A stretch of 59,858 bases of DNA, taken from Patescibacteria group bacterium. GTDB taxonomy: Bacteria > Patescibacteriota > UBA1384 > UBA12157 > JAENIV01. The notes under the pieces are model-generated. The model was not told the origin of the DNA. It saw only the letters and a list, made by a program, of their open reading frames with translations, and ran no database searches. The stretch spans positions 72,855 through 132,712 of the forward strand of contig JBEKTP010000001.1 in the NCBI GenBank assembly GCA_049515915.1, in the 5' to 3' direction. This document shows positions 36,166-47,214 of the stretch, in pieces. How positions within the stretch are numbered: the stretch's first letter is position 1; every line of letters begins with the position of its first letter. The translations under genes and the position numbers were made by a program.

Positions 36166-38139
36166 TTATTTTAGCATATTAATGAAGGCTTCTTCGTTAA
36201 GCGTTTTAATACCGAGCTCTTTGGCTTTCTCGTATTTTGAACCCGGATCGGTGCCGACAATCACATAATCGGTTTCTTTTGAGACTGATTCCAATACTTC
36301 CCCGCCCAATTCGCGAATTTTGACCTTGGCCTCGTCACGCGTCATTGATTCTAAACCGCCGGTGAGAACAAATGTTTGCCCCAATAATTTACCGGCATGC
36401 TCTTTTTCTTTTTCAATATCCACCCCAGCCGCCATCAATCGTTCAACAAAACTAATGTTTATTTTATCTTGAAACCAGTTATAAATACTTTGTGCCACGA
36501 CATGACCGATATCGCGAATAGTATCAATTTCCGCCAAACTTGCTCGGCGCAAGCGTTTAATATCGTGAAAATTTTTCGCCAAATCGATAGCCGTCTCCTC
36601 ACCAACATTTGGGATACCCAGCGCATAAATGAATCTCGAAAACGTAATCTTTTTATGGCTTTGAATACTATTGATAATATTTTGGGCGGATTTTTCGGCG
36701 AATCTTTCAAGCGGTTCAACGTCACTAACCTTTAATTTAAATAAATCAGCTGCATCTTTGACTAATCCTTCTTCGGTAAATTTTTCTAAAATTTTCGGGC
36801 CCAAACCGGCCATATCAAACGCGGGACGCGAAACAAAATGGTCTAGAGACCGCCATTGGATCGTAAAACATTTTTTATTAACGCAACGGTAGGCGGCAAA
36901 ACCTTCAGCCCGAACTACTTTGCCGCCGCATTTCGGACAGGTTTTGGGGAAATGAAATTTACGAGCACTTTGAGGCCTTAATTCTTTTAATACTTCCTCG
37001 ACTTCAGGAATGACGTCACCAGCTTTATGAACAATCACCGTGTCACCGATACGAATATCTTTTTTACGAATTTCGTCTTCATTGTGAAGCGTCGCCCGCG
37101 AAACAGTGGAGCCCGCCACTAAAACCGGTTTTAAAAAAGCCACTGGCGTCAATACGCCCGTTCGCCCGACATTGACTTGAATATCTTGAATAACAGTGGT
37201 TGCTTCTTCCGGCGCAAATTTATAGGCAATCATGCCGCGTGGAGCTTTACCGATCACACCCAATTTTTCGCGAGCGGAATTATCGTTGATTAAAACTACG
37301 ATACCATCAATTTGATAAGGCAATCTCTCACGCTCTTTTTCGATTTCCTCTTTAAACTTCTCGATCTCACCCAAATTACGGCAAAATTTATTTTGAGCAA
37401 TTGTTTTAAAACCAAACTCTTTTAATTTTTTATGCGATTCTTCATGAGTTTTAGTCTCAACACCAAGTAAATCCCAGGCCATAAAATTCAACCTTCGCTC
37501 AGCCGAAATTTTGGGATCTAATTGACGAATTGATCCGGCCGCCGCATTCCTAGGATTCGCCAGTAACGCTTTTCCCTCTTTCTTATATTTAGCGTTTAAT
37601 TTATTAAATGTTTCAATCGGCAGATAAACTTCGCCACGGATTTCGCAGGAAACATTTCGTGATAGTTTCAAGGGAATCGCTTCAATCGTCTTTAAATTCT
37701 GGGTTACATCTTCTCCCACTCGCCCATCCCCGCGCGTGGCCCCACAAATAAAAATCCCATTTTTATAAATAAGTGATACCGCCAAGCCATCCATTTTTAA
37801 TTCCGCAAAATAATCTGGCCACGTCGGCTTAATTTTGGAATTACGCGTTTCCCATTCCTTAAGCTCATTAAAACTAAATGCATCAGTCAGCGAAAGCATC
37901 GGGTATTGATGCGTCACTTTGGTAAATTTTTCCAACGGTTTGCCGCCAACACGCTGCGTTGGTGAATCGGACGTCACAAATTCCGGATACTTACTCTCGA
38001 GTTCCTGCAGTTCGTGTTTTAAAGAATCATTTACTTCATCGGAAACTTCCGATTTATCTAAAACATGATAAGAATAACGATATTTCTCAATCTGCTCTCG
38101 AAGCTTTTTGATTCTTTCCTCAGTTTCTTTTTTGGTCAT
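36166..38139 (-). CDS. ligA: NAD-dependent DNA ligase
   Basis: ELKMDG, RGDG, NPRNAAAG, Cys zinc finger, HhH, BRCT. Confidence 0.98.
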   Translation of the reverse strand: MTKKETEERIKKLREQIEKYRYSYHVLDKSEVSDEVNDSLKHELQELESKYPEFVTSDSPTQRVGGKPLEKFTKVTHQYPMLSLTDAFSFNELKEWETRNSKIKPTWPDYFAELKMDGLAVSLIYKNGIFICGATRGDGRVGEDVTQNLKTIEAIPLKLSRNVSCEIRGEVYLPIETFNKLNAKYKKEGKALLANPRNAAAGSIRQLDPKISAERRLNFMAWDLLGVETKTHEESHKKLKEFGFKTIAQNKFCRNLGEIEKFKEEIEKERERLPYQIDGIVVLINDNSAREKLGVIGKAPRGMIAYKFAPEEATTVIQDIQVNVGRTGVLTPVAFLKPVLVAGSTVSRATLHNEDEIRKKDIRIGDTVIVHKAGDVIPEVEEVLKELRPQSARKFHFPKTCPKCGGKVVRAEGFAAYRCVNKKCFTIQWRSLDHFVSRPAFDMAGLGPKILEKFTEEGLVKDAADLFKLKVSDVEPLERFAEKSAQNIINSIQSHKKITFSRFIYALGIPNVGEETAIDLAKNFHDIKRLRRASLAEIDTIRDIGHVVAQSIYNWFQDKINISFVERLMAAGVDIEKEKEHAGKLLGQTFVLTGGLESMTRDEAKVKIRELGGEVLESVSKETDYVIVGTDPGSKYEKAKELGIKTLNEEAFINMLK

Positions 38140-38250
38140 TATAAGTTAATTATACCATATACGGCCCTTTTAATCCAGCAAGCATTATGCTAACTTTGTA
38201 AGTAGGAAGTCACGGCTTCTCATTACACTACCGCGAGAGGGAGCTTAAAA

Positions 38251-38565
38251 ATGGAAATTGCTCGTAGCAGCAACGTTCGCACGTCACACCGTTTCGAAGT
38301 CGGCGACACTGTTGTTGTCACCAGTCTTATTCAGTATCCGCGTGCAACTTTCAGCCGGGCTCAGCGTACCGGAACCGTGGTGGCCCTTGGAAAAGCAACC
38401 ATGGGTCCAGTTGTCTATGTTGACCTTGGCTGGCCCATTTATGAGGGTTGCATCGACTCCAAAGCAGCCGCTAACCAGATCGCTCGTGAAGTCAAAGCCC
38501 TCAATCCCTCTTTCGAGGGAGATGGCTACAGTATCATCTGTATCGCCGAGGACTTCGTCGAGTAG
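38251..38565 (+). CDS. orphan protein (104 aa) with possible SH3/KOW-like start
   Basis: GAGGGAG RBS, FEVGDTVVV...TGTVV pattern, own terminator. Confidence 0.7.
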   Translation: MEIARSSNVRTSHRFEVGDTVVVTSLIQYPRATFSRAQRTGTVVALGKATMGPVVYVDLGWPIYEGCIDSKAAANQIAREVKALNPSFEGDGYSIICIAEDFVE

Positions 38566-38588
38566 TTTGCCTTTCTTGTCACGTCATC

Positions 38589-38620
38589 AAGGACGCGGGC
38601 TAGCTGGCCCGCGTCCTTTC
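38589..38620 (+). terminator. terminator between orphan gene and htpX
   Basis: AAGGACGCGGGC-TAGCTG-GCCCGCGTCCTT. Confidence 0.7.
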
Positions 38621-38639
38621 TCTATACCCAGAACATTTT

Positions 38640-39560
38640 TTATTTAGATATCATTGCTCTCAGTCTTTTAATCCGCTCTTCGACCGGCGGGTGGGTATCA
38701 AATAAACCAGCGAACCAGCCACGGCTGCCGTGGCCATCTTCGACATTCTCTTTAAAAGGATTTTCGATATAAAGATGGGCGGTTGCTTTATTGGCTGCTT
38801 CCAGCGGTTCAGTATCTTTCGATATTATTTCCAGCGCCTCGGCTAATCCTTCGGGATAGCGCGTCAAGAGCGCTCCGCTCGCATCAGCGAGATATTCACG
38901 CTTTCTCGAAATGGCCAGTTGAATCAAAGTGGCCGCAATCGGCGCCAAAATCGCCATTACCAGCGCAATTATTAATAGTATTAACTGCAATTGGCCGCCG
39001 TTACCATCACTCCGGCGCCGGCCGCCGCCAAGCCACGTCCATCTTAAAAAGAAATCGGAAAGTAAAGCCACCACTCCCACCAAAACGACCACAACCGTCA
39101 TTAAACGAATGTCATAATTACCAACGTGCGATAGTTCATGGGCAATCACCCCTTCAAGTTCTGTTTTATTTAATTTTTCCAGTAAACCAGAAGTGACGGC
39201 AATGGAGGCGTGTTTCGGATCGCGGCCGGTGGCAAAAGCGTTCGGCGCCGAATCATCGATGAGATATATTTTTGGCTTCGGCAGCCCGCCAGCGATGGCC
39301 AGATTCTCGACCACGCGATGCAAATCTAAAAATGGCTCTTTGCGCGGCACTTCTTGAGCGCCGGATACCGCCAAGGTGATCGAATCAGAATAGTAATATG
39401 AAACCAAAGCCTGAACGACAGCGATAACCACCGCAATAATTAAAATCAATTGATTATTAAAAACATAGCTTAATAAATATCCCAACCCAATGACAAAAAT
39501 AAGGAAAAAACCCATCAGTAAGACGGTCCTCCTTTTGTTAGAATCGATATCCTTGTACAT
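38640..39560 (-). CDS. htpX: M48 zinc metalloprotease HtpX
   Basis: PNAFATG, AHELSH, SRKREYLAD, THPP. Confidence 0.95.
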   Translation of the reverse strand: MYKDIDSNKRRTVLLMGFFLIFVIGLGYLLSYVFNNQLILIIAVVIAVVQALVSYYYSDSITLAVSGAQEVPRKEPFLDLHRVVENLAIAGGLPKPKIYLIDDSAPNAFATGRDPKHASIAVTSGLLEKLNKTELEGVIAHELSHVGNYDIRLMTVVVVLVGVVALLSDFFLRWTWLGGGRRRSDGNGGQLQLILLIIALVMAILAPIAATLIQLAISRKREYLADASGALLTRYPEGLAEALEIISKDTEPLEAANKATAHLYIENPFKENVEDGHGSRGWFAGLFDTHPPVEERIKRLRAMISK

Positions 39561-39565
39561 GATTT

Positions 39566-40117
39566 TTAGAACTTAACTTCGGGCAGGGCTTTTTCGCCTT
39601 CGTCAGTCTGAAAAAGCTCGAAGGTTTTAGCGCCGACCATGCCGGCGAAAATATTATTCGGGAAAACTTGGATTTTAATATTAAAGTCCCGAACACTGCC
39701 GTTATAAAAACGACGAGCGGCTTCGATTTTATCCTCGGTATCAGTTAATTCGTCTTGAAGCTTTTGAAAATTGTCTGAAGCTTTTAATTCTGGATAATTT
39801 TCCGCCACCGCAAAAACCGATTTCAATGCGCCGCTTAAAACATTTTCCTTTTGACTGGCTTCCGCTGGACCTTTGGCATTAATCGCTTCCGTTCGAGCTT
39901 GAGTCACTTTCTCAAAAAGCTCGCGTTCATGTTTGGCGTAACCTTTAACCGTTTCGACTAAATTCGGGATCAGGTCGTGCCGGCGCTTAAGCTGGACATC
40001 AATATCCGACCACGCCTCTTGGGTCCGATTGCGTAATGTAATAATGCCGTTATAAACGGCGATAAACCAGATAATAATAATTGCCACAATGGCAATAATC
40101 ACCCAAACAATCGTCAT
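39566..40117 (-). CDS. lemA: LemA family protein
   Basis: WSDIDVQLKRRHDLIPNLV, ENYPELKAS, ARRFYN. Confidence 0.96.
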   Translation of the reverse strand: MTIVWVIIAIVAIIIIWFIAVYNGIITLRNRTQEAWSDIDVQLKRRHDLIPNLVETVKGYAKHERELFEKVTQARTEAINAKGPAEASQKENVLSGALKSVFAVAENYPELKASDNFQKLQDELTDTEDKIEAARRFYNGSVRDFNIKIQVFPNNIFAGMVGAKTFELFQTDEGEKALPEVKF

Positions 40118-40132
40118 AATTTACCTTTCTTT

Positions 40133-40930
40133 TTATTGGCCACTCGAATCGGTGACCGTATAAACATTTAAGTTGCCATTTAAAGTACCGGACTTATCTG
40201 TCTTATTGTCAAGAACAGCCGTCAGAGCAAATGTTTTGCCGTCTGAGGAATAACCATAATAATACTGAGGGGCTGCTGGATCATCCGGTAAAGCTGAGAG
40301 ATAAGTCGGCACCAATGCTTGGGCCAAAACACTCGATTGATCAGAAGTTTTGATTTTAGAAGAACTTATGGGATAAGCACCGTTATCGGCAAAATATTTT
40401 TTCAGCGCTAATTGTAAAGTGGCCAAGTCCTTTTTCCGCGTTGCATCGTTCGAAAGGGGAGACTCTGTGGGTGAAATCGCGACCGGGCTTGGCTTGACCG
40501 AACCGCCACCCCAAAGTTTTTCGACACCGCCTAAGTTTATATAGCCCTTCCATGAAAGAAAAACCAAAACAGCTAAAATCAACAAAATAAAAAGGATACT
40601 GATCAATAACCAAGATCCAACCGAGCTTGAATGGGGTGGGGCGGACGGATTTTCAAGATCTTTATCGGCGATGGTCGGAGGATACGAACTGCTATTTTGG
40701 GGAAAAACTAATCCTCGTGGGGGCACAGGAGTCGAAGAAGAGGCAGGCCCGGTGGTGGCGGGTGACGACGGCGGGGCGACTGGCGGAATGGGCCGATTCC
40801 CGCTTTGAGGAAAACTTGGTTTTCCTCCCATTGATTCGGGCGGAGTTAGCCCGCTATAATCAAACTGACTTGGTTCTGAATTATCTGGTTTATTGTTACC
40901 TGGCAAAGATTGGTCCATTACCCCTCCCAA
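40133..40930 (-). CDS. Pro-rich protein with internal TM and pilin/GspG-like C-terminal domain
   Basis: DATRKKDLATLQLALKKYFADNGAYP...LPDDP...YYGY pattern. Confidence 0.7.
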   Translation of the reverse strand: MGGVMDQSLPGNNKPDNSEPSQFDYSGLTPPESMGGKPSFPQSGNRPIPPVAPPSSPATTGPASSSTPVPPRGLVFPQNSSSYPPTIADKDLENPSAPPHSSSVGSWLLISILFILLILAVLVFLSWKGYINLGGVEKLWGGGSVKPSPVAISPTESPLSNDATRKKDLATLQLALKKYFADNGAYPISSSKIKTSDQSSVLAQALVPTYLSALPDDPAAPQYYYGYSSDGKTFALTAVLDNKTDKSGTLNGNLNVYTVTDSSGQ

Positions 40931-40967
40931 AAACTCTATTCGATACCTCGAACTTAATTACATCATA

Positions 40968-41393
40968 TCACTTTTCTGGACTAATATCTATCTCCACTTT
41001 GGCCAGATTTATCCCCGCTTTAATTTCCAACTTTGTTTTTCCGATCTGTTTTAAGGGAGCCACCTCGACAAGGCTGGGATCGATATTTAAAGCTTGAGCA
41101 ATTTCCCGACCCGTGATAGCCCGATACAGACGCCCTTGAGCGTTAACTTTGACTTTAAAAGCAATTTTTTTATCGTCAAGCGTTTTGACTTTTTCTTCCA
41201 GAGATTGCTTTTTCTTTTTGACTTCAAGGGCTTTGAGCGCCGAAGCGGCCAAAATTTTTTGGGCGGTTTTTCCAGAAGCCACCTCGGCTAAATTTTTCGG
41301 CAAAAGAAAATTACGGGCATAACCGGGTTTAACCTCGCGGATTTCACCCGCTTTACCTAAATTGGGAACATCTTTTAATAAAATAATCTTCAT
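40968..41393 (-). CDS. rplI: 50S ribosomal protein bL9
   Basis: [32 protein letters not shown]. Confidence 0.97.
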   Translation of the reverse strand: MKIILLKDVPNLGKAGEIREVKPGYARNFLLPKNLAEVASGKTAQKILAASALKALEVKKKKQSLEEKVKTLDDKKIAFKVKVNAQGRLYRAITGREIAQALNIDPSLVEVAPLKQIGKTKLEIKAGINLAKVEIDISPEK

Positions 41394-42589
41394 TATTTCG
41401 CCGCGTCTTGCAACGCCCGATCAAGCTGCGGATCTTTGCCTGCCGCCGTATCTTGCGCGGTTAGCCCAATTTCAACATCGGGTTTTAAGCCGACTTTATC
41501 GATGGTTGAACCATCCGGCGTCAGCCATTTAGCCACCGTAATTTTTAAGGCCGAGCCGTCAGGAAGATTGTCAATCTCCTGAACGGAACCCTTACCAAAT
41601 GAATTCTCGCCTACTAATTCCGCCCCTCGCGCATCGCGCAAAGCGCCGGCAACAATTTCTGAAGCGGAAGCCGAGCCGCCATTGATCAGCACGACGACCT
41701 TAGTATTGGCAAAAACACTATTCAAAGTCGTTTTCAGCTGTTCGACATGACCATCTTTAGATTTTTCCTGAACGACCACCCCTCGATTCATAAATAGGCT
41801 AGAAACATCAATCGCGGCATTTAAATATCCTCCCGGATCATCACGCAAATCGAGTACAATTCCTTTGGGATTTTTGGCCGCCAGTTCCGCCGTCGCTTGT
41901 TTAATCAAATCCGAGGTGTCGGTGTCGAATTGAGAAATTTGAATATAACCAATATTACCTTTCATTTCCCACTGAACCGACTTAATCGTAATTACATCGC
42001 GCGTAATGGTAAATTCTTGAGGCTGGCTAAAACCGGAGCGATTAATTAAAAGTTTGACCTTCGTCCCGGCCGCCCCGCGAATTTTAGTAATGGCATCGTC
42101 CAAAGACATGTTTGTCGTGACATGGTCATCAATGGCCATAATTTGGTCACCGGCTTTAAGGCCCGCTTTTTCGGCCGGCGAACCGGCGATCGGTGCCACA
42201 ATGACAATTTGATTATCCTTTTGGGAAATTTCCGCGCCGATGCCTTGAATTTGACCGGAGAGATCTTCATTGAAAGCCTTCGTATCCGTCGGGTCCATAA
42301 ATTGAGAATAAGGATCACCGAGGGAGGAAACCATACCTTTAATCGCGCCGTAAACCATATCCTGCGCGGAAGAGCTGCCGACATAATTGGCCATCACTTT
42401 ATTCCAGGTTTCCCAGAAAAGTCCAAAATTCACATTTGCCGGTTTGTCAAGATTGGTATTAATAATCTGGGGCGTATAATTTTTTTCAAAGATTAAGTTT
42501 TTATGACCAACAAGATAGCCAGCAAAAAAGAAAACAATCGCTAAAACCACGATTGAAAGATTTCGTTTCAGTTTAGATTTTTTTGGCAA
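41393..42589 (-). CDS. ctpA: S41 carboxy-terminal processing protease
   Basis: [29 protein letters not shown]. Confidence 0.93.
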   Translation of the reverse strand: MPKKSKLKRNLSIVVLAIVFFFAGYLVGHKNLIFEKNYTPQIINTNLDKPANVNFGLFWETWNKVMANYVGSSSAQDMVYGAIKGMVSSLGDPYSQFMDPTDTKAFNEDLSGQIQGIGAEISQKDNQIVIVAPIAGSPAEKAGLKAGDQIMAIDDHVTTNMSLDDAITKIRGAAGTKVKLLINRSGFSQPQEFTITRDVITIKSVQWEMKGNIGYIQISQFDTDTSDLIKQATAELAAKNPKGIVLDLRDDPGGYLNAAIDVSSLFMNRGVVVQEKSKDGHVEQLKTTLNSVFANTKVVVLINGGSASASEIVAGALRDARGAELVGENSFGKGSVQEIDNLPDGSALKITVAKWLTPDGSTIDKVGLKPDVEIGLTAQDTAAGKDPQLDRALQDAAK

Positions 42590-42590
42590 T

Positions 42591-43718
42591 TTAATCTCCT
42601 AAACTTTTGTCGATGACGCCGCCGCCCAAAACTTTTAATCTCTCATAAAAAACAATTGATTGGCCCGGCGTAATCGCCCGCTGGGAATTTTCAAAAGTCA
42701 CTTCGGCTTTATTTTTTAATATTTTAACTGAACACGTTTCGATCGGATGGCCGTAACGAATCCGGCCACCGATATTTGACAAAAATTTCTGATGCGATGT
42801 TTCGGAATTAATCCAATTCAAATTGGTCACGATCAGTTTTTTCCGATATAAATCATCCTCATCGCCCACAATTAACACATTCTTTCGACTATCTAATTTT
42901 ACCACATAATAAGATCGCGGACCACCTAAGCCCAAACGTTCTCTTTGGCCAATGGTATAGTTAATCAAACCGGCGTGGAGACCTAGCTTATGACCTTGGG
43001 TATCGTAGATCGGCCCGGGTTTGGTCAATTTTTTAGCGTGGCGCCTTAGAAATCCGCAAACGTCGCGATCCGGAATAAAACAATTTCCTTGAGATTCTTT
43101 TCGTTCGGCCGTCGGCAGCTCTAATTTTTTGGCGATGGTCCGGACTTGCGGCTTGATTAGATCGCCCACTGGAAAAAGCATTTTTGATAATTTTTCCTGT
43201 GTCAACGTCCAAAGAAAGTAAGTCTGATCTTTATTCAAATCCTTACCTTGATATAAATAGTATTTCTTATGTTTAATATTTGATTTTTGATTTTTGATTT
43301 CTCCCATTTTTAAGCGGGCATAGTGTCCAGTGGCCAAAAAGTCACCTTCAAGCCCAAGAACTCTTCGTATTAAAATTTCGCCCTTGATATCGCGATTGCA
43401 AATCACACAGGGGTTTGGCGTCCGGCCGGCCTCGTACTCTCGAATGTAATCATCAACCACCGTTTCTTTAAACTCTTTTCTTAAATTAATCACATAAAAG
43501 GGAATCCCGAGCTTGTTTGCCACTCCCCGAGCCGCCGCGGCCGCCTCAGCCGAGCAACAGATATTTTCGCGTATCAAATCCGTCCGAGAGGCTTCTTCGG
43601 ACCAAAGTTTCATAAAAATACCAATCACCTCGTAGCCCTGCTTTTTCAAAAGGGCCGCCGCCACCGACGAATCCACGCCGCCACTCATGGCCACAATAAC
43701 TCTGGATTTTCTTTTCAT
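42591..43718 (-). CDS. mnmA: tRNA 2-thiouridylase
   Basis: SGGVDS, PNPCVICN, ATGHYA, KDQTYFL, AITPGQ. Confidence 0.97.
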   Translation of the reverse strand: MKRKSRVIVAMSGGVDSSVAAALLKKQGYEVIGIFMKLWSEEASRTDLIRENICCSAEAAAAARGVANKLGIPFYVINLRKEFKETVVDDYIREYEAGRTPNPCVICNRDIKGEILIRRVLGLEGDFLATGHYARLKMGEIKNQKSNIKHKKYYLYQGKDLNKDQTYFLWTLTQEKLSKMLFPVGDLIKPQVRTIAKKLELPTAERKESQGNCFIPDRDVCGFLRRHAKKLTKPGPIYDTQGHKLGLHAGLINYTIGQRERLGLGGPRSYYVVKLDSRKNVLIVGDEDDLYRKKLIVTNLNWINSETSHQKFLSNIGGRIRYGHPIETCSVKILKNKAEVTFENSQRAITPGQSIVFYERLKVLGGGVIDKSLGD

Positions 43719-43764
43719 TGTAGAGCCATTTTAGCACATTACTGAGAACTAATAAAGTTAACTT

Positions 43765-44568
43765 CTATTTCAGGATCGGCTTCTTGGCCGCTTCGACAAG
43801 GTTTTTCATGAGCATCGCCACCGTCACCGGGCCGATGCCGCCGGGGACAGGCGAGTAAGCTTTGACTTTAAAATAGACGGCTGGCTCAACATCACCTTTG
43901 ACTTCTCCCTCACTTTCAGCCGTGCCGGCGTCAAGAACAATCGCATCGCTTGAAACCATCTCTGGCTTGATTAAGCCCGGCACACCAGTGGCCGCCACCA
44001 ATATTTTCGCTTTTAACGTTTCATGTTTAATCTCAGGTGATTGGGCGTCGAAGATTCGGGGTTTTAAGCCCTGTTTGACCAAAATTTTTTCGAGGGGCTC
44101 ACCGACCAGCCGGCCATGACCAATCAGAACGATATCGCCCTCCCAGCTTAAATGATAATACTTCATTAATTCGATAATCGCCCCCGCGGCGGGCGGCGTT
44201 ATTTGACCTTGAAGCCCATCAATATCTTTTTTCGGGTCAACGGCTTGAATAATTTCTTCCGCGTCAATTTTTGCCGGTACCGGCAGCTGAACAACGATAC
44301 CATTAAATCGGTTGTTATTGTTTAGTTCATTAACTAAATCTAAAACTTGGTTTTCACGGGCATTTGTCGCAAAGTGAAATAATCGAAAATCAACGCCCAG
44401 CTTTTCCGCCACTGCTTCTTTGGCTCGAACATAAGTGAGACTGACCGGATTTTCACCCACTAAAATTACCGCCAAGGAGGGGATAGTCCCCTGTTCTTTA
44501 AGATTTTGAATTTCTTTTTTTAATTCCGCCTGGATTTTTTGAGCGACGATTTTCCCTGAAAGTTCCAT
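43765..44568 (-). CDS. folD: methylene-THF dehydrogenase/cyclohydrolase
   Basis: YVRAK, IVVQLP, KDIDG, VPGGIGPVT. Confidence 0.93.
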   Translation of the reverse strand: MELSGKIVAQKIQAELKKEIQNLKEQGTIPSLAVILVGENPVSLTYVRAKEAVAEKLGVDFRLFHFATNARENQVLDLVNELNNNNRFNGIVVQLPVPAKIDAEEIIQAVDPKKDIDGLQGQITPPAAGAIIELMKYYHLSWEGDIVLIGHGRLVGEPLEKILVKQGLKPRIFDAQSPEIKHETLKAKILVAATGVPGLIKPEMVSSDAIVLDAGTAESEGEVKGDVEPAVYFKVKAYSPVPGGIGPVTVAMLMKNLVEAAKKPILK

Positions 44569-44580
44569 CTTTTTCCTACT

Positions 44581-45534
44581 CTAATCGGTAAAGACTTGAG
44601 TAAACATTTTACCATAACTGCCGAGGTCAAGAACACCCACCCCGACGCGATTAAACGCTGGATCTAAAATATTTTGGCGATGTTCAAGCGAATTCATTAA
44701 ACCAATCATGGCCAAATCCTCCGTGGGAGCCAAGGCCAAATTTTCGCCGTCAACTCGAAATTGCGCGCCGGCCAGTGTTAAACGGTCAGAAGGCGTTACG
44801 CCTTGCAAATCATTGTGCGAAAAATATCCTTTCATCACCATATCAATCGCGTGACCACGCGCCACATTTCTCAAAAGCAAATCTTCCGTCAGTGGTTTTA
44901 ATCCAGCCTGGGTTCTGGCGCTGTTGATATCGCTGACCATTTGCTTTTCGGCGGCGGCATCAATCTGGTAATTGTCGGTTTTAAAACCCAAGTTACTGAC
45001 GGCCCCGTTTTGAGGAACTTCGCCGATAAATCCTAAACTATTATTCATTTGCCAGAGAGCGGTGTTAACTCGGCTTTCGATCGAAGCGGTCGCTTTAATT
45101 AAATGCCCAGTTAAAAATGAGGAAGAAAGCATTTCCTTAGTCTTATTGCCCACCGGCAAAACCATCACCAGAATTAAAAAAATCGAGACAATCAATGTCC
45201 CTTTGAGCGCGCCAATCAAAAGACCAAAAGATTTATTTGTGCCGCTACTTTGAATTTGATCGGGAAAATGTCGAAAAATAAAAAAACCAATTAAATAAAA
45301 AATAATTTGGACCAAAGTCCACAAAATAAAAAAACCGATCGGTTGGGTAAGGTTGGGTCCCAATCCCCAGTTTCCGAGCAGTGTTCCCATGACCGGATAA
45401 AATTTTAAGGCCACCAAAAAAGAGAGAACGATTCCCAAAAGATCAAAAGTTTGTTTGACAAAACCTTGGCGATAGCCGTCCACCACATAAATCGCCACAA
45501 TTAAAACGACAATTAAATCAATCCAAGTAAACAT
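44581..45534 (-). CDS. CvpA-CAP (SCP) domain fusion protein
   Basis: N-terminal CvpA-like TM region; C-terminal HAIDM...YFSH...GENLA...HRQNIL CAP domain. Confidence 0.88.
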   Translation of the reverse strand: MFTWIDLIVVLIVAIYVVDGYRQGFVKQTFDLLGIVLSFLVALKFYPVMGTLLGNWGLGPNLTQPIGFFILWTLVQIIFYLIGFFIFRHFPDQIQSSGTNKSFGLLIGALKGTLIVSIFLILVMVLPVGNKTKEMLSSSFLTGHLIKATASIESRVNTALWQMNNSLGFIGEVPQNGAVSNLGFKTDNYQIDAAAEKQMVSDINSARTQAGLKPLTEDLLLRNVARGHAIDMVMKGYFSHNDLQGVTPSDRLTLAGAQFRVDGENLALAPTEDLAMIGLMNSLEHRQNILDPAFNRVGVGVLDLGSYGKMFTQVFTD

Positions 45535-45603
45535 GTTTCAAATTTAAAATTTAAATCTCAAAATTGGGAGATTCAAGATATTGAATCTAAGATCCTTCTA
45601 AAT

Positions 45604-46008
45604 TTATTTTACTCGTTTCTTCTTTGTTTTCCAATCGGCGATAGCTTTTTCTAAAGCTTCGTGAGCCAAAACCGAGCAATGGCGCTTAACCGGCGGCAAA
45701 CCGCCTAAAGCTTCGGCGACGGCTAAATTGCCGGTCTTTAAAGCTTCTTTGACCGTTTTCCCCTTAATCATTTCTGTCATTATCGAAGAACTGGCAATCG
45801 CCGCGCCGCAACCAAAGGTTTTAAACTTCGCATCGCTGATAACATCCTCACTATTTTTTGGGGAGATTTTGATGTAAAGTTCCATAACATCACCACAAAC
45901 CGGGTTGCCGACTCGGCCCACCCCGGAAGGATTTTTAATCGCGCCCATATTGCGCGGGTGCAAGAAATAATCGGTCACCTTTTTATTATACAAACTATCG
46001 ATACTCAT
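45604..46008 (-). CDS. iscU: Fe-S cluster scaffold IscU/NifU
   Basis: GNPVCGD, FGCGAAIASSS, LPPVKRHCS. Confidence 0.95.
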   Translation of the reverse strand: MSIDSLYNKKVTDYFLHPRNMGAIKNPSGVGRVGNPVCGDVMELYIKISPKNSEDVISDAKFKTFGCGAAIASSSIMTEMIKGKTVKEALKTGNLAVAEALGGLPPVKRHCSVLAHEALEKAIADWKTKKKRVK

Positions 46009-46017
46009 TTTTTCTCC

Positions 46018-47214
46018 TTAATTATACGGGCTGATTGCCCTTAATCTCTTAACGACTTCTTTAATTTTTGAAATTGAAAAATCCAATTCGGCCTTGGTTG
46101 TTTCTTGACCAAACGAAAACCGCACTGAACCGGCGGCACGCATTGGGTCATCGAAGATTGCCATAATCACATGCGACGGTTCTAAACTCTGCGAAGTGCA
46201 AGCTGAGCCGGTGGAGCAAGCGACACCTTCAAGGTCCAGCGCTAACACAATTGACTCGCCTTCAATATTTTTAAAATATAAATTTGCATTGTTCGGGGTA
46301 CGGGATTCTTTTGAACCATTTAGATAAATTTCAGGAATTTCTTTAACGATCCGGTCCACGAAATAATCTCTCAAATTTTGCAATTTGGAGTTGTTATTTT
46401 GAGATTTAATTTTTGATTTTTGAATTATCTCAACGGCTTTCCCGAGCCCAGTAATAAAAGCGGTATTTTCCGTGCCGGCTCGAAGTCCGCGTTCTTGCTC
46501 ACCACCATCAATAATCGAAGCAAGTGGTGTACCTTTACGAACATACAAAACGCCAACCCCTTTCGGTGCCCCAATTTTATGACCAGCAATTGTCAGCATA
46601 TTAACATGTAAAAAATCGACGTTCATCGGCAAAAACTCGGCCGCTTGAACTGCATCGGTGTGAAAATAAATTCGTTGTTTGCGACTTTTATTTTCTTTTT
46701 CAATCATTTTACCGATTTCACGAATCGGTTGAATGGCGCCAATTTCATTGTTCGCATACATCACTGAAACCAATACTGTATTTAGTCGTATCGCTTTTTT
46801 AACTTTTTCGGTTTCGATAATACCATCAGTGTTAGGTTTTACATAGGTCACCTCGGCCAGTCCCATTTTTTCAAGCTTTTGGCAGCTGTGTAAAACGGCA
46901 TGATGTTCGATCTGAGAAGTGATAATGTGTAGGCGAGATCGGTTTTGAGATGATGTACTGAGTCTGTATATCAGTCCTTTGATCGCCAAATTATCCGACT
47001 CCGAGCCAGATCCCGTGAAAATTATTTCTAATGGACTTGCCCCCAAAAAACCGGCCATTGTTGCACGGCTATCTTCAATCGCCTTTTTCGCCTCTCGTCC
47101 AAAAGAATGAATACTTGAAGGATTACCAAACTCATTTTTGAAATACTTAAGCATCACTTCCAAAACTTCTTTTTTGACCGGCGTCGTCGCGGCATAATCT
47201 AAGTAGACTTTCAT
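46018..47214 (-). CDS. iscS: cysteine desulfurase
   Basis: YLDYAATTP, GNPSS, HTDAVQ, GHKIGAPKG, STGSAC. Confidence 0.95.
   Translation of the reverse strand: MKVYLDYAATTPVKKEVLEVMLKYFKNEFGNPSSIHSFGREAKKAIEDSRATMAGFLGASPLEIIFTGSGSESDNLAIKGLIYRLSTSSQNRSRLHIITSQIEHHAVLHSCQKLEKMGLAEVTYVKPNTDGIIETEKVKKAIRLNTVLVSVMYANNEIGAIQPIREIGKMIEKENKSRKQRIYFHTDAVQAAEFLPMNVDFLHVNMLTIAGHKIGAPKGVGVLYVRKGTPLASIIDGGEQERGLRAGTENTAFITGLGKAVEIIQKSKIKSQNNNSKLQNLRDYFVDRIVKEIPEIYLNGSKESRTPNNANLYFKNIEGESIVLALDLEGVACSTGSACTSQSLEPSHVIMAIFDDPMRAAGSVRFSFGQETTKAELDFSISKIKEVVKRLRAISPYN

Noticed and set aside
40627-41097. 156-aa plus-strand ORF
   Set aside because: Shadow of rplI and the Pro-rich gene.
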